Positions 1-8,612 of a stretch of 27,672 nucleotides of DNA are shown piece by piece. The position numbers and the translations under genes were made by a program. Location of the stretch: NCBI GenBank assembly GCA_049512075.1, contig JBEKXL010000026.1:1-27672 (forward strand), in the 5' to 3' direction. The stretch is from Candidatus Bathyarchaeia archaeon (GTDB taxonomy: Archaea; Thermoproteota; Bathyarchaeia; Bathyarchaeales; Bathycorpusculaceae). The notes under the pieces were generated by a model. The model was given only the letters and a program-made list of their open reading frames with translations, searched no databases and had not been told where the DNA came from. The number at the start of each line of letters is the position of its first letter. Positions within the stretch are counted from its first letter, which is position 1.

Positions 1-83
1 GGACACGAAGTATTTGCGGCAAGCACCTGCGATTAGCAATTAATGGCGATTGAAAATTGGAGAGAAAAATATGAAGAACGGAC

Positions 84-422
84 GTGGGAAAATTGACTCT
101 TGTGAAAGTTGCTGAAACGTCAGAGATACCTCTGGGACAAATGAAGGTCTTCAAGTCTGCGGAAAAACAGGTTTTGATTGCCAACATAAATGGCGTTTAT
201 TACGCCATCGGAAACGTTTGCACGCATATGGGCGGGGACCTTTCGAAAGGGACATTAGAAGGAAGCACAGTGACCTGCCCACACCACAAAGCTAAATTTG
301 ATGTCACAACCGGCGCAGTAGTTTCGGCTCCAAAAGTTCTCTTCACGCACCCAAAAATCAATGCCGAGCCCACCTACGCGGTGAAAGTTGAAGGAAAAGA
401 CATCCTGCTTGAACGCGAGTAG
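84..422 (+). CDS. Rieske-type [2Fe-2S] ferredoxin (dioxygenase ferredoxin subunit-like)
   Basis: C-x-H (CTHMGG) and C-x-x-H (CPHH) Rieske ligand motifs plus FDVTTG; 112 aa; GTG start. Confidence 0.9.
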   Translation: MGKLTLVKVAETSEIPLGQMKVFKSAEKQVLIANINGVYYAIGNVCTHMGGDLSKGTLEGSTVTCPHHKAKFDVTTGAVVSAPKVLFTHPKINAEPTYAVKVEGKDILLERE

Positions 423-606
423 CGCGGATGCTTGTTCCTAAATCGGTTTTGAATGGTTTTGTTCTCTCTTTTATGATTTTGGGAAGTTTTGGGCTGGGCA
501 TCTGCTCTTGAATTCTTCACACTGTCTCGTCCCCTCGAACCTGCAGAAGCGTGCAGAAACGCAATTAAGACCATTTTTGACCATCTTCGGAACACGCATG
601 TGCGCG
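421..606. repeat. 186-bp element bounded by ~40-bp imperfect inverted arms (GCGCG-anchored TGTTCC arm family)
   Basis: Left arm AGCGCGG-ATGCT-TGTTCCTAAATCGGTTTTGAATGGT from 421; right arm (reverse complement from 606) CGCGCAC-ATGCG-TGTTCCGAAGATGGTCAAAAATGGT; related arms at 23432, 23564(-) and 27546. Confidence 0.75.
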
Positions 607-893
607 AAAACATTTATGTAACGTATCCTCACGCGCTGAGGATATCAGCAACGGGGCATGCTTGTGAGCGTATCTAAGAAGGTAACCAGAGCCAAGATTA
701 GCAGGAATGATAGGGAGGCTATTTTTAGGGTTTTGTGCATGTTATTCAACCCTTAATATCACACGCGCGTCGTCAAACTAGACATCTTGACCACACCAAC
801 AATAAGACAAAGCCAGGCTCGAAAACATAGGGCCTTGTTCAAGATTTTTTGACAACCTTGCGGGACATCCAAATATGATTTTGACAGAAAACG

Positions 894-1601
894 CTACTCA
901 ACCAGTTTTAGGAAGTCTTCTGAGATGTAATTTATGAACTCTTGAGTGGTGCTTTTGCTGAAGAGTGTCACGACGCAGTTCCTTGTGATGCCGACCATGA
1001 TTCCGCGCTTCTGGCTTTCGAAGACGACGTACCAGATTTTTCCATGTTCAAGATAATCATGGTACAGTTTCGTGTCAACAAGATTTGATCCTGCCAAGCA
1101 CAGCTTTTCGACTCCGGGGATGTCAACTTCATCGAACCATATCAGCTTCGTCGCCTGCGGGTTTGACTCGTGAAGCTGCCTGAGGGTCTCATGCGGTATC
1201 CTCACCTCCAGAATCCCCTGAGAATTGATGAAAAGCACTTTGCTGAGCTTGTTCGCAACGTAGTTTGTCAGCAGTTTCTTAACCCCGCGAGCCACGGATG
1301 GTGACGAGACCACTAGGAACGTCTTTTTCTTAGAGGACACTATCCAGAAGGGGGCTTCCTCTGTAGCGGGGGCTTCAACCAAGCTTCGCCTGTAGAATCG
1401 TCTGCGCATGAAATCCCTGCTGAAGACTCCTTCGACGAGGCCCTCCTTGGACTTCAAGTCCAGAATCTCCGTCACTAGACTCACGTTTTCACCGCTCTCA
1501 GTCTTGCAGGATTCCTCTTCCCGGAAATCCTTGAGCTTCCACAACATCAACCCAGGATCAACTTTCTCCTTAATCTCAAACACCTTAGCAGGCAGAACCA
1601 A
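894..1601 (-). CDS. Hypothetical protein (probably conserved in archaea), divergent from rps13
   Basis: 235-aa ORF with normal protein composition; TTG start; CTTTAAAG TATA-like box at 1635-1642; no recognisable motif. Confidence 0.75.
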   Translation of the reverse strand: MVLPAKVFEIKEKVDPGLMLWKLKDFREEESCKTESGENVSLVTEILDLKSKEGLVEGVFSRDFMRRRFYRRSLVEAPATEEAPFWIVSSKKKTFLVVSSPSVARGVKKLLTNYVANKLSKVLFINSQGILEVRIPHETLRQLHESNPQATKLIWFDEVDIPGVEKLCLAGSNLVDTKLYHDYLEHGKIWYVVFESQKRGIMVGITRNCVVTLFSKSTTQEFINYISEDFLKLVE

Positions 1602-1804
1602 TCATTACACCACAAAACAATTTCCACCACCTGACTTTAAAGCATTGCACCAGCTTAACACGAACTATTCATTGAAGGATCACACAAACCCCGCGCTAAC
1701 AAGAGAGCATCCTTAGACTCTCAAAACATGCCGTATGGCCAACGTCAGACCGTTCAGAAAGCGGAAATGAGAGAACTGTAAGTCTTGTTTGGAAACCGCT
1801 ATCC

Positions 1805-1816
1805 TTAAATAAAATA
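1805..1816 (+). promoter_or_regulatory. Putative TATA box of the rps13 operon
   Basis: TTAAATAAAATA about 50 bp upstream of the rps13 ATG. Confidence 0.45.
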
Positions 1817-1863
1817 TGCCTTATTTCGTAGTTAGCCTTGAACATTAACATGGATGGCGATAA

Positions 1864-2343
1864 ATGTCAGAAGAGTTCCGCCATAGACTTCGAATAATCG
1901 ATACTGATGTAGATGGCACTTTGAAGGTGTCCTATGCACTGGCAAAGATCAAGGGAGTCGGCCCCAGCTTGGCAGATGCGATGCTCAGGAAGGCAGGTAT
2001 AAGTTCTGACAAGAGGGCGGGTTTTCTGGCGGAAGCCGAGATTGACCGGTTGGAAGAGTTGATCAAGGATCCTGCGAAGGGCGGCTTGCCAAGCTGGCTT
2101 TTTAACAGGAGAAAAGAACAGGAGACTGGAAAAGACACTCACTTGATAAGCGCAGATCTGGTTCTTAGGACGAAGATGGATATAGAAAAGATGAAGGAAA
2201 TAAAATCTTGGCGCGGATATCGTCATGCTTACGGGTTGAAGGTGAGAGGCCAAAGAACCAAGACAACCGGCAGAGCAGGTAAAGCATTGGGTGTCAAGAA
2301 GAAAACGCTCATGCAGAGACCAGGCGCAACGGAGAACAAGTAG
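1864..2343 (+). CDS. rps13: 30S ribosomal protein S13 (uS13)
   Basis: ALAKIKGVG, PSWLFNRRK and SWRGYRHAYGLKVRGQRTKTTGR motifs. Confidence 0.98.
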   Translation: MSEEFRHRLRIIDTDVDGTLKVSYALAKIKGVGPSLADAMLRKAGISSDKRAGFLAEAEIDRLEELIKDPAKGGLPSWLFNRRKEQETGKDTHLISADLVLRTKMDIEKMKEIKSWRGYRHAYGLKVRGQRTKTTGRAGKALGVKKKTLMQRPGATENK

Positions 2344-2345
2344 CC

Positions 2346-2915
2346 ATGGGCGACCCGAAGAAACAGAGAAAGAAGTACGACACTCCCCGTTTTCCTTGGC
2401 GAACCGACATCATGCAGGGAGAGCTTAAACTCATCGGCGAGTACGGACTGCGAAACAAACATGAACTGTGGCGGCATGAAACACTGCTTTCAAAGTTCAG
2501 GGGGATAGCTCGCACACTCATAGGCGAAACACCTGAAGAACGCAAGAAGATGGAAAATGAGCTCTTAGCCCGCCTGAAAAAACTCGGCGTACTCGACGAA
2601 ACAGCAGTTTTGGACGACGTTTTAGACTTGACGATAGAGGATATTCTTGAGCGCAGATTCCAGACAATTGTTCTTCGCAAGGGTCTAGCAAAGACGATGC
2701 AACAGTCTCGTCAACTGATAGGCCATGGACACATGACGATAGGAAACCGAAGAGTCACGACTCCTGGCTATATAGTGCCGAGACCTGAGGAAGGTCAGAT
2801 AAGCTACACGCCCAAGAGTTCGCTCGCAAACCCGGCTCATCCACTGCGTCAAACAATAGCGGTAACGCCGGCGGCAGAAGCAAGATCGGCCAAACCACGG
2901 AGTGAAGGAGAATAA
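2346..2915 (+). CDS. rps4: 30S ribosomal protein S4 (uS4)
   Basis: [34 protein letters not shown] and [10 protein letters not shown] motifs; position in operon. Confidence 0.98.
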   Translation: MGDPKKQRKKYDTPRFPWRTDIMQGELKLIGEYGLRNKHELWRHETLLSKFRGIARTLIGETPEERKKMENELLARLKKLGVLDETAVLDDVLDLTIEDILERRFQTIVLRKGLAKTMQQSRQLIGHGHMTIGNRRVTTPGYIVPRPEEGQISYTPKSSLANPAHPLRQTIAVTPAAEARSAKPRSEGE

Positions 2916-3316
2916 TGAGCTCAAGCAAGAGAACCGAAAGATGGGCAGTCGTCCACATATTCAGTTCCTATAACAACACCATAATACACATAACCGACAT
3001 TTCGGGCGCCGAAACGATAGCCCGAACGTCGGGGGGAATGGTTGTGAAAGCCAGTAGGATGGAGTCCTCACCCTATGCGGCGATGCGTGCGGCCTCGCTG
3101 GCCGCGGACGTTGCTAGGGATAAGGGAATAACCGCGATCCACATCAAGGTTAGGGCTCCTGGGGGAGCGGGGCCCAGAACACCCGGTCCCGGCGCGCAAG
3201 CTGCTATCAGAGCGTTGGCAAGGGCGGGGTTCAGGATTGAACGAATCGAAGAAGTAACGCCTGTACCGCATGATGGCACGAGGAGACCTGGCGGCAGAAG
3301 AGGAAGAAGAGTCTAG
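2915..3316 (+). CDS. rps11: 30S ribosomal protein S11 (uS11)
   Basis: [33 protein letters not shown] and [14 protein letters not shown]. Confidence 0.98.
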   Translation: MSSSKRTERWAVVHIFSSYNNTIIHITDISGAETIARTSGGMVVKASRMESSPYAAMRAASLAADVARDKGITAIHIKVRAPGGAGPRTPGPGAQAAIRALARAGFRIERIEEVTPVPHDGTRRPGGRRGRRV

Positions 3317-3420
3317 AAGGTAAGTACGATCCTTCTTCTGATAGAAAAATTGAAATAATGCACCAATGTTCTATTGAGCGGCACAGCAAGGTGGAACACT
3401 GTTATGGGGTGTCCTTACAA

Positions 3421-4242
3421 GTGGAAATAAAGGTGCTTGAGAAAGACGAAACAAACATGCGTTTGCTCGTTCGAGGAGCCGATGTCCCATTCATGAATGC
3501 GCTTAGAAGAATCGTGACCTCTGAAGTTCCGAGCATGGCTATAGACGAGATTGTAATCTTGGAGAACTCTTCCATACTTATGGACGAGACAATCGCCCAC
3601 AGACTGGGGCTTATTCCGCTAAGAACTGACTTGGACAGTTACAACCTGCCCGAGGAATGTCCGTGCAAGAGTGAATTCGGATGCAACCTCTGCCGAGTTA
3701 CATTCGCGTTGGACGTGGACGCCAAGGGAGAAGGAAGAACGGTCTACTCGGGTGACCTGGTTTCAGAGAATCCTAACGTCGTGCCAGTGAGCGACAGAAT
3801 TCCAATATTGAAACTGGCTAAGGAACAGAAAATAAAGCTTGAGGCTTACGCAAGGCTTGGAAAGGGCAAGAACCACGCGAAATGGGAACCAGTTTCAATG
3901 TGCACCTACAAGTATTATCCGAAAATAGAGATTACAAAACGCTGCAGCGTGTGCGGCAAATGCGTGGAGATGTGTCCTAGAAGAGTTCTGGTGAAAAAAG
4001 GCGACAGCATCGAAGTGAATGATGTGATTGCCTGTACGCTCTGCCAAGACTGCGCCAACGCTTGTCCAGAGAGTCCACCTGCAATACAAGTCTCGGGAGA
4101 AGAAAACGCATTTATATTCAATCTGGAATCTACGAGTGCGCTTCCTCCGGAAAGGATAATGGTCGAGGCCAGCAAAATACTGGACAAACATCTGAAGGAA
4201 CTTGAGGGCGAAATCAAGGTGAGAAAGAGTGAAAAAAGTTAA
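3421..4242 (+). CDS. rpoD: DNA-directed RNA polymerase subunit D (Rpo3) with ferredoxin-like domain
   Basis: NALRR, NSSILMDETIAHRLGLIPL and GKNHAKW; two CxxCxxCxxxCP motifs; start moved to the in-frame GTG at 3421 after a GGGGTG RBS-like motif (ORF track starts at 3358). Confidence 0.96.
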   Translation: MEIKVLEKDETNMRLLVRGADVPFMNALRRIVTSEVPSMAIDEIVILENSSILMDETIAHRLGLIPLRTDLDSYNLPEECPCKSEFGCNLCRVTFALDVDAKGEGRTVYSGDLVSENPNVVPVSDRIPILKLAKEQKIKLEAYARLGKGKNHAKWEPVSMCTYKYYPKIEITKRCSVCGKCVEMCPRRVLVKKGDSIEVNDVIACTLCQDCANACPESPPAIQVSGEENAFIFNLESTSALPPERIMVEASKILDKHLKELEGEIKVRKSEKS

Positions 4243-4591
4243 ACCGACGAACCCGGAACTTCTAGAACTCGCTAGTTCTCTCAAGAAGCAGAGCAGGGAA
4301 AGCAAGGCAGAAGTCTGGCGAGACATTGCTGAACGCTTGGTCAAATCTAGGAGAAGACGGATATCCGTGAACCTGAGCCGTCTGGACAGATACACTTCTA
4401 AGAACGAAACGGTGGCCGTTCCCGGCAAGGTGCTGGCTGCGGGCGAGATAACCCACCCCATAACCGTTGCTGCGTTCACTTTCTCGGGAAAAGCAGAAGA
4501 AAAAATAAAAGCTGCAAAAGGAAAATGCGTGTCTTTCTCTGATCTTGCCAAGAAGAACCCGAAAGGTTCAAACGTCAAAATTATCGGGTGA
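4229..4591 (+). CDS. rpl18e: 50S ribosomal protein L18e (eL18)
   Basis: TNPELL, VNLSRL, VPGKVL, VAAFTFS and NPKGSNVKIIG. Confidence 0.97.
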   Translation: MKKVKPTNPELLELASSLKKQSRESKAEVWRDIAERLVKSRRRRISVNLSRLDRYTSKNETVAVPGKVLAAGEITHPITVAAFTFSGKAEEKIKAAKGKCVSFSDLAKKNPKGSNVKIIG

Positions 4592-4595
4592 AAAA

Positions 4596-5039
4596 ATGGA
4601 GACCATGACCAAAACCGCCACTGTAATAGACGCTGACGGTCTTATTCTGGGCAGAATGGCAAGCAGCATTGCCAAGAGACTCTTAGAGGGCGAACATGTG
4701 ATGATTGTGAACGCTGAAAAAACTGTTCTTTCCGGGAAAAGAAGAAGCAAGGTGAACGAAGCAAAGGTGTTTCTCGAAGTTGGAGGAGTGGGAAGAGGGC
4801 CGTTCCACTACAGAAGGCCCGACAGAATAGTCAGAAAGGCCGTCAAGGGCATGCTTCCAATGAGGAAGCCGAAAGGCCTTCAAGCTTACAGAAGACTGCA
4901 AGCGTTCATAGGAGTCCCGGACAATCTTAAAGACCAGAAGATGGGCACTCTGGCGGATGCTCAAGCCAAGAAGTTGACCTGCCCATATTTCACGGTCGGC
5001 GAACTTGCGAAAGGAATAGGTTGGAATCAAGGAGAATAG
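4596..5039 (+). CDS. rpl13: 50S ribosomal protein L13 (uL13)
   Basis: IDADGLILGRMAS, VNAEK and RPDRIVRKAVKGMLP; ATG at 4596 after a GGTGA RBS. Confidence 0.97.
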   Translation: METMTKTATVIDADGLILGRMASSIAKRLLEGEHVMIVNAEKTVLSGKRRSKVNEAKVFLEVGGVGRGPFHYRRPDRIVRKAVKGMLPMRKPKGLQAYRRLQAFIGVPDNLKDQKMGTLADAQAKKLTCPYFTVGELAKGIGWNQGE

Positions 5040-5041
5040 GT

Positions 5042-5452
5042 ATGCCTGCCAAAAAGAGTTTAGTTGTTAGCGGAAAAAGAAAAACAGCCACCTCACGCGC
5101 CGTCGTGAGGACTGGAATCGGAAAGGTGCACATTAACAGAACTCCGGTGGAGATTTTTGAGCCGGAAATCGCGCGCGAGAAGATTATGGAACCACTCATA
5201 CAGGCTGGAGATGAGGTTCGCAACCAGTTGGACATAGACGTGAAGATGTCGGGCGGAGGTTACATGGGTCAAGCTGAGGCGGCTAGGATGGCGATTGCGA
5301 ACGCCATACTGAAATGGACGAAGAGTTCACATCTGCGCACGGTTTTTGCTGAATACGACAGAACGATGATTGCTGGAGACAACAGGAAGAAAGAACCCAA
5401 GAAGTTCGGAGGACCCGGAGCGCGGGCGAGGAATCAGAAGAGCTACAGATAA
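5042..5452 (+). CDS. rps9: 30S ribosomal protein S9 (uS9)
   Basis: GKRKTA, GGGYMGQAEAAR and KEPKKFGGPGARARNQKSYR. Confidence 0.98.
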   Translation: MPAKKSLVVSGKRKTATSRAVVRTGIGKVHINRTPVEIFEPEIAREKIMEPLIQAGDEVRNQLDIDVKMSGGGYMGQAEAARMAIANAILKWTKSSHLRTVFAEYDRTMIAGDNRKKEPKKFGGPGARARNQKSYR

Positions 5453-5467
5453 AGAGGTTTGGATCGG

Positions 5468-5695
5468 ATGATAATACCTGTTAGATGTTTTACTTGTGGT
5501 AAACTGGTTGGAGACAAATGGGAGGAGTTCGCTAGAAGGGTGAAGGCTGGAGAGGATGCTGGCGAAGTTTTGGACAGTCTGGCGGTCAAACGTTACTGTT
5601 GCAGGCGGATGCTTCTCTCGCACGTGGAAATATTCGATGAGGTGCTGCGGTTCTCCGAAGAGGCTGAAAAACGAAAAGAGGCCAGAAGCTACTAA
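5468..5695 (+). CDS. rpoN: DNA-directed RNA polymerase subunit N (Rpo10)
   Basis: [12 protein letters not shown] and [11 protein letters not shown]. Confidence 0.98.
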   Translation: MIIPVRCFTCGKLVGDKWEEFARRVKAGEDAGEVLDSLAVKRYCCRRMLLSHVEIFDEVLRFSEEAEKRKEARSY

Positions 5696-5718
5696 TAGGG
5701 CGATTGAAAGGGAAAACC

Positions 5719-6981
5719 ATGTCTACAATCATTGAAGACGTAATTGCGAGAAAGGTCTTCAACGGCCGGGGAGAAGAAACGGTCGAAGTTGATATCATCA
5801 CAACCTCGGGCTTCGGTAGGGTTGCAGCCCCCGCGGGGAAAAGCAGGGGAAAAGCAGAGGTCGTTTATTATCCGCAGGGCGGAGTGGAACAAGCGGTAAA
5901 AAAAGTTGAAGAACTCATAGCGCCGGAAATAGTGGGCTTGGGCGCTGATTGTCAAGAAGAGATCGATAAAACTTTGCATGACCTCGATGGTTCAAAGGAT
6001 TTTCGGGCAATCGGCGGCAACACCGCATTCGCCGTCTCATTAGCCTGTGCCGAAGCCGCCGCAAACTCTTCCGGGCTACTGCTCTTTCAGTACCTGGGCG
6101 GGCATGTCGCGCACGAACTTCCGTATCCGCTTGGCAACACGATAAGCGGCGGGCAGCACGCTCAAGGAAAGTCTCCTGACTTACAGGAGTTTCTGGTTCT
6201 GTCACATGGAGCCGAAACTTTCTTGGAGGCTGCGACGGCTAACATAATGGTTCACAGAAAAGTCGGAGAGACTCTGGTGAAGAAAGATAAGCTCTTCGGC
6301 CAGGGAAAAAGCGATGAGGGCGCGTGGGTTGCCAACGTGGGAACCGCGGAGGCCTTAGAGGTTATGGCACGGGCCTGTGAAAATGTCGGTGCGGAAATGG
6401 GTTTCGAGTGCGGGATGGGCGTTGACATCGCATCTTCTTCGCTGTGGAACGGCAAGACCAAGACTTACAACTATCAGAGGGAGAAGAAAACCAGAGACTC
6501 GGGGGAACAGCTGGAATTCATCCTTGAACTCATCAAGAAATATCATCTGACTTATGTCGAAGACCCATTCCACGAAGAGGACTTCGCAAGCTTCGCGGAG
6601 TTGACAAAGAAAGCCAAGAACTGCTTGATATGCGGCGACGACCTTTTCACGACAAACAGCGAAAGACTAAGTCGCGGGATAAAGTTGCACGCGGCCAACT
6701 CTATCATAATAAAGGTCAACCAGGTGGGCACGCTGACGGACGCCTGGGAAACCATCGAAATGGCGAAAAGAAATGGATACGTACCAGTGATGTCTCACCG
6801 TTCGGGTGACACATGCGACTGGCATATAGCACACTTGGCCGTGGCTTTCAAATGCCCCGTAATAAAGACGGGGGTTGTTGAAGGCTCTCGCATCGCGAAA
6901 ATAAACGAGTTAATAAGGATCGAGGAGTTTCTTGGGGACAGGGCCGTGATGGCCAGTCTTGATATGCTTCAAGGAGGATAG
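5719..6981 (+). CDS. eno: Enolase (phosphopyruvate hydratase)
   Basis: GGQHA, QEF, DEG, EDPF, GDDLF, IKVNQVGTL, SHRSG and IKTG catalytic/metal motifs. Confidence 0.96.
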   Translation: MSTIIEDVIARKVFNGRGEETVEVDIITTSGFGRVAAPAGKSRGKAEVVYYPQGGVEQAVKKVEELIAPEIVGLGADCQEEIDKTLHDLDGSKDFRAIGGNTAFAVSLACAEAAANSSGLLLFQYLGGHVAHELPYPLGNTISGGQHAQGKSPDLQEFLVLSHGAETFLEAATANIMVHRKVGETLVKKDKLFGQGKSDEGAWVANVGTAEALEVMARACENVGAEMGFECGMGVDIASSSLWNGKTKTYNYQREKKTRDSGEQLEFILELIKKYHLTYVEDPFHEEDFASFAELTKKAKNCLICGDDLFTTNSERLSRGIKLHAANSIIIKVNQVGTLTDAWETIEMAKRNGYVPVMSHRSGDTCDWHIAHLAVAFKCPVIKTGVVEGSRIAKINELIRIEEFLGDRAVMASLDMLQGG

Positions 6982-6985
6982 AAAC

Positions 6986-7747
6986 TTGTCTGAGGATGAT
7001 GGCAGCAAGGAGAATATCGAAGAAGAAACTGCGGAAGAAACCGAGGATGAAGAGACGATAGAGGAAGAGGTAAAACTGACGGAGGAAACCAAAGCGGAGG
7101 CAACAGAACCAAGCGTTGAAGCGGCTCCGGAAGAAGAACTTCTGATTCCGCGAGACACGTTGCTGTCCGCTGGAATACACATCGGAACCAGAATGAAAAC
7201 TGGAGACATGGAACAGTTCATATACCGCGTGAGGGCCGACGGCCTGTTTGTCTTGGACGTTAAGAAAACGGATGATCGCATAAGAGTTGCCGGCAAGTTC
7301 CTTGCACGATTTGAACCCGGAAAAGTTGCTGCTGCGGGGGCTAGACTTTACGCACAAGAACCGGTAACCAAATTCTGTCAATTAACCGGAGCAACTCCTG
7401 TGATCGGACGGTTCATTCCGGGACTCTTGTCAAATCCGTTGTATCCTAACCGCATCGAACCAGAGGTACTCCTAGTATCTGACCCGAGAGCTGACATCCA
7501 AGCCGTAAGAGAGGCGGCTTCCGTGGGGATACCTGTGGTGGCTCTATGCAGCACAGACAACGAGTTTAACGGGGTGGACCTCGTAATCCCAACGAACAAC
7601 AAAGGCCGACGCGCGTTGGCCGTCATCTACTGGCTCTTGGCAAAGCAGACACTGCGCGAGAGGGGCGAATTGGCGATGGACAAGGACCTGCCCCTGACAA
7701 TCGACGATTTTGAAGCGAAGATTGCGCGGGAGGAGGAGGAAACCTAA
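6986..7747 (+). CDS. rps2: 30S ribosomal protein S2 (uS2) with acidic N-terminal extension
   Basis: GIHIGT, GRFIPG, DPRADIQAVREA and IPTNNKGRRAL; TTG at 6986 after AGGAGG. Confidence 0.96.
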   Translation: MSEDDGSKENIEEETAEETEDEETIEEEVKLTEETKAEATEPSVEAAPEEELLIPRDTLLSAGIHIGTRMKTGDMEQFIYRVRADGLFVLDVKKTDDRIRVAGKFLARFEPGKVAAAGARLYAQEPVTKFCQLTGATPVIGRFIPGLLSNPLYPNRIEPEVLLVSDPRADIQAVREAASVGIPVVALCSTDNEFNGVDLVIPTNNKGRRALAVIYWLLAKQTLRERGELAMDKDLPLTIDDFEAKIAREEEET

Positions 7748-7751
7748 CCTA

Positions 7752-8603
7752 ATGGTGAAGGTTCGGCGTCCAACACAAGCCGGAGCCTTCTATGAAGGAA
7801 CCCCTGACGCGCTCAAGCGACAAATAGAGAAATGTTTCACGGACAAGCTCGGGCCAGGAAAGCTCCCTGAAGTCGCAAAGACTGATCCCACAAACGTGAT
7901 AGGGCTCATCTGTCCTCACGCAGGCTACATGTATTCGGGGCCTGTGGCTGCACACGCCTACTACGAGCTTGCCGTTGACGGCAAACCCGATGTTGTAGTC
8001 CTTCTCGGTCCAAACCACACTGGCCTTGGTAGCGGTCTGGCCGTCATGAATGAGGGTGTTTGGCGCACGCCTCTAGGCGACGTTGAGGTAGACCGCGAGA
8101 CGGCAAATGAAATCGTGCATGAGTCACGTATCGTGGACATTGACGATTCTGCTCATAATCATGAACATTCAATCGAGGTTCAACTTCCATTTCTCCAGTA
8201 CCTTTATGGCTCAGCATTCAAGATTGTGCCAATCTGCTTCCTCATGCAGGACTTGTCCTCAGCCAGAGAGGTTGGGCAGGCAGTGGCCAAAGTCTTGCTT
8301 GACAAGAAAGCCGTCATCATAGCCTCCTCAGACATGACTCATTATGAGCCTCAGGAAAGTGCGGAAAGGAAGGACAAGAAGGCTCTTGAAGCAATCGAAG
8401 CGATGGATGAGGTTCGCTTTCAATCAGCGATCGAAACCTACAACATCACTGCCTGCGGCCACGGTCCAATAGCAGCTTTGATTACCGCCACGAAGGTTTT
8501 GGGAGGAAGAGAGGCAAAATTATTATGCTATAAGACCAGTGGAGATGTGATTGGCGACCGCTCAAGCGTGGTTGGGTACGCCGCCGTGTGTTTCACGAAA
8601 TAG
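7752..8603 (+). CDS. MEMO1-family protein (AmmeMemoRadiSam protein B)
   Basis: AGAFY, PHAGYMYSG, GPNHTG, EHSIEVQLPFLQ, SSDMTHY, CGHGP and SVVGYAA. Confidence 0.93.
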   Translation: MVKVRRPTQAGAFYEGTPDALKRQIEKCFTDKLGPGKLPEVAKTDPTNVIGLICPHAGYMYSGPVAAHAYYELAVDGKPDVVVLLGPNHTGLGSGLAVMNEGVWRTPLGDVEVDRETANEIVHESRIVDIDDSAHNHEHSIEVQLPFLQYLYGSAFKIVPICFLMQDLSSAREVGQAVAKVLLDKKAVIIASSDMTHYEPQESAERKDKKALEAIEAMDEVRFQSAIETYNITACGHGPIAALITATKVLGGREAKLLCYKTSGDVIGDRSSVVGYAAVCFTK

Positions 8604-8612
8604 TGGTGCAGA

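Noticed and set aside
489-677. ORFs 489-677 and 27415-27666 sharing IKTIF(D/N)H as paralogous proteins
   Set aside because: The peptide similarity is the translation of the class A DNA arm; there is no RBS and no similarity outside it.
1666-1678. Exact 13-bp match TATTCATTGAAGG with 27358-27370
   Set aside because: Several 13-mer matches are expected by chance in 27.7 kb, and the flanks do not align.
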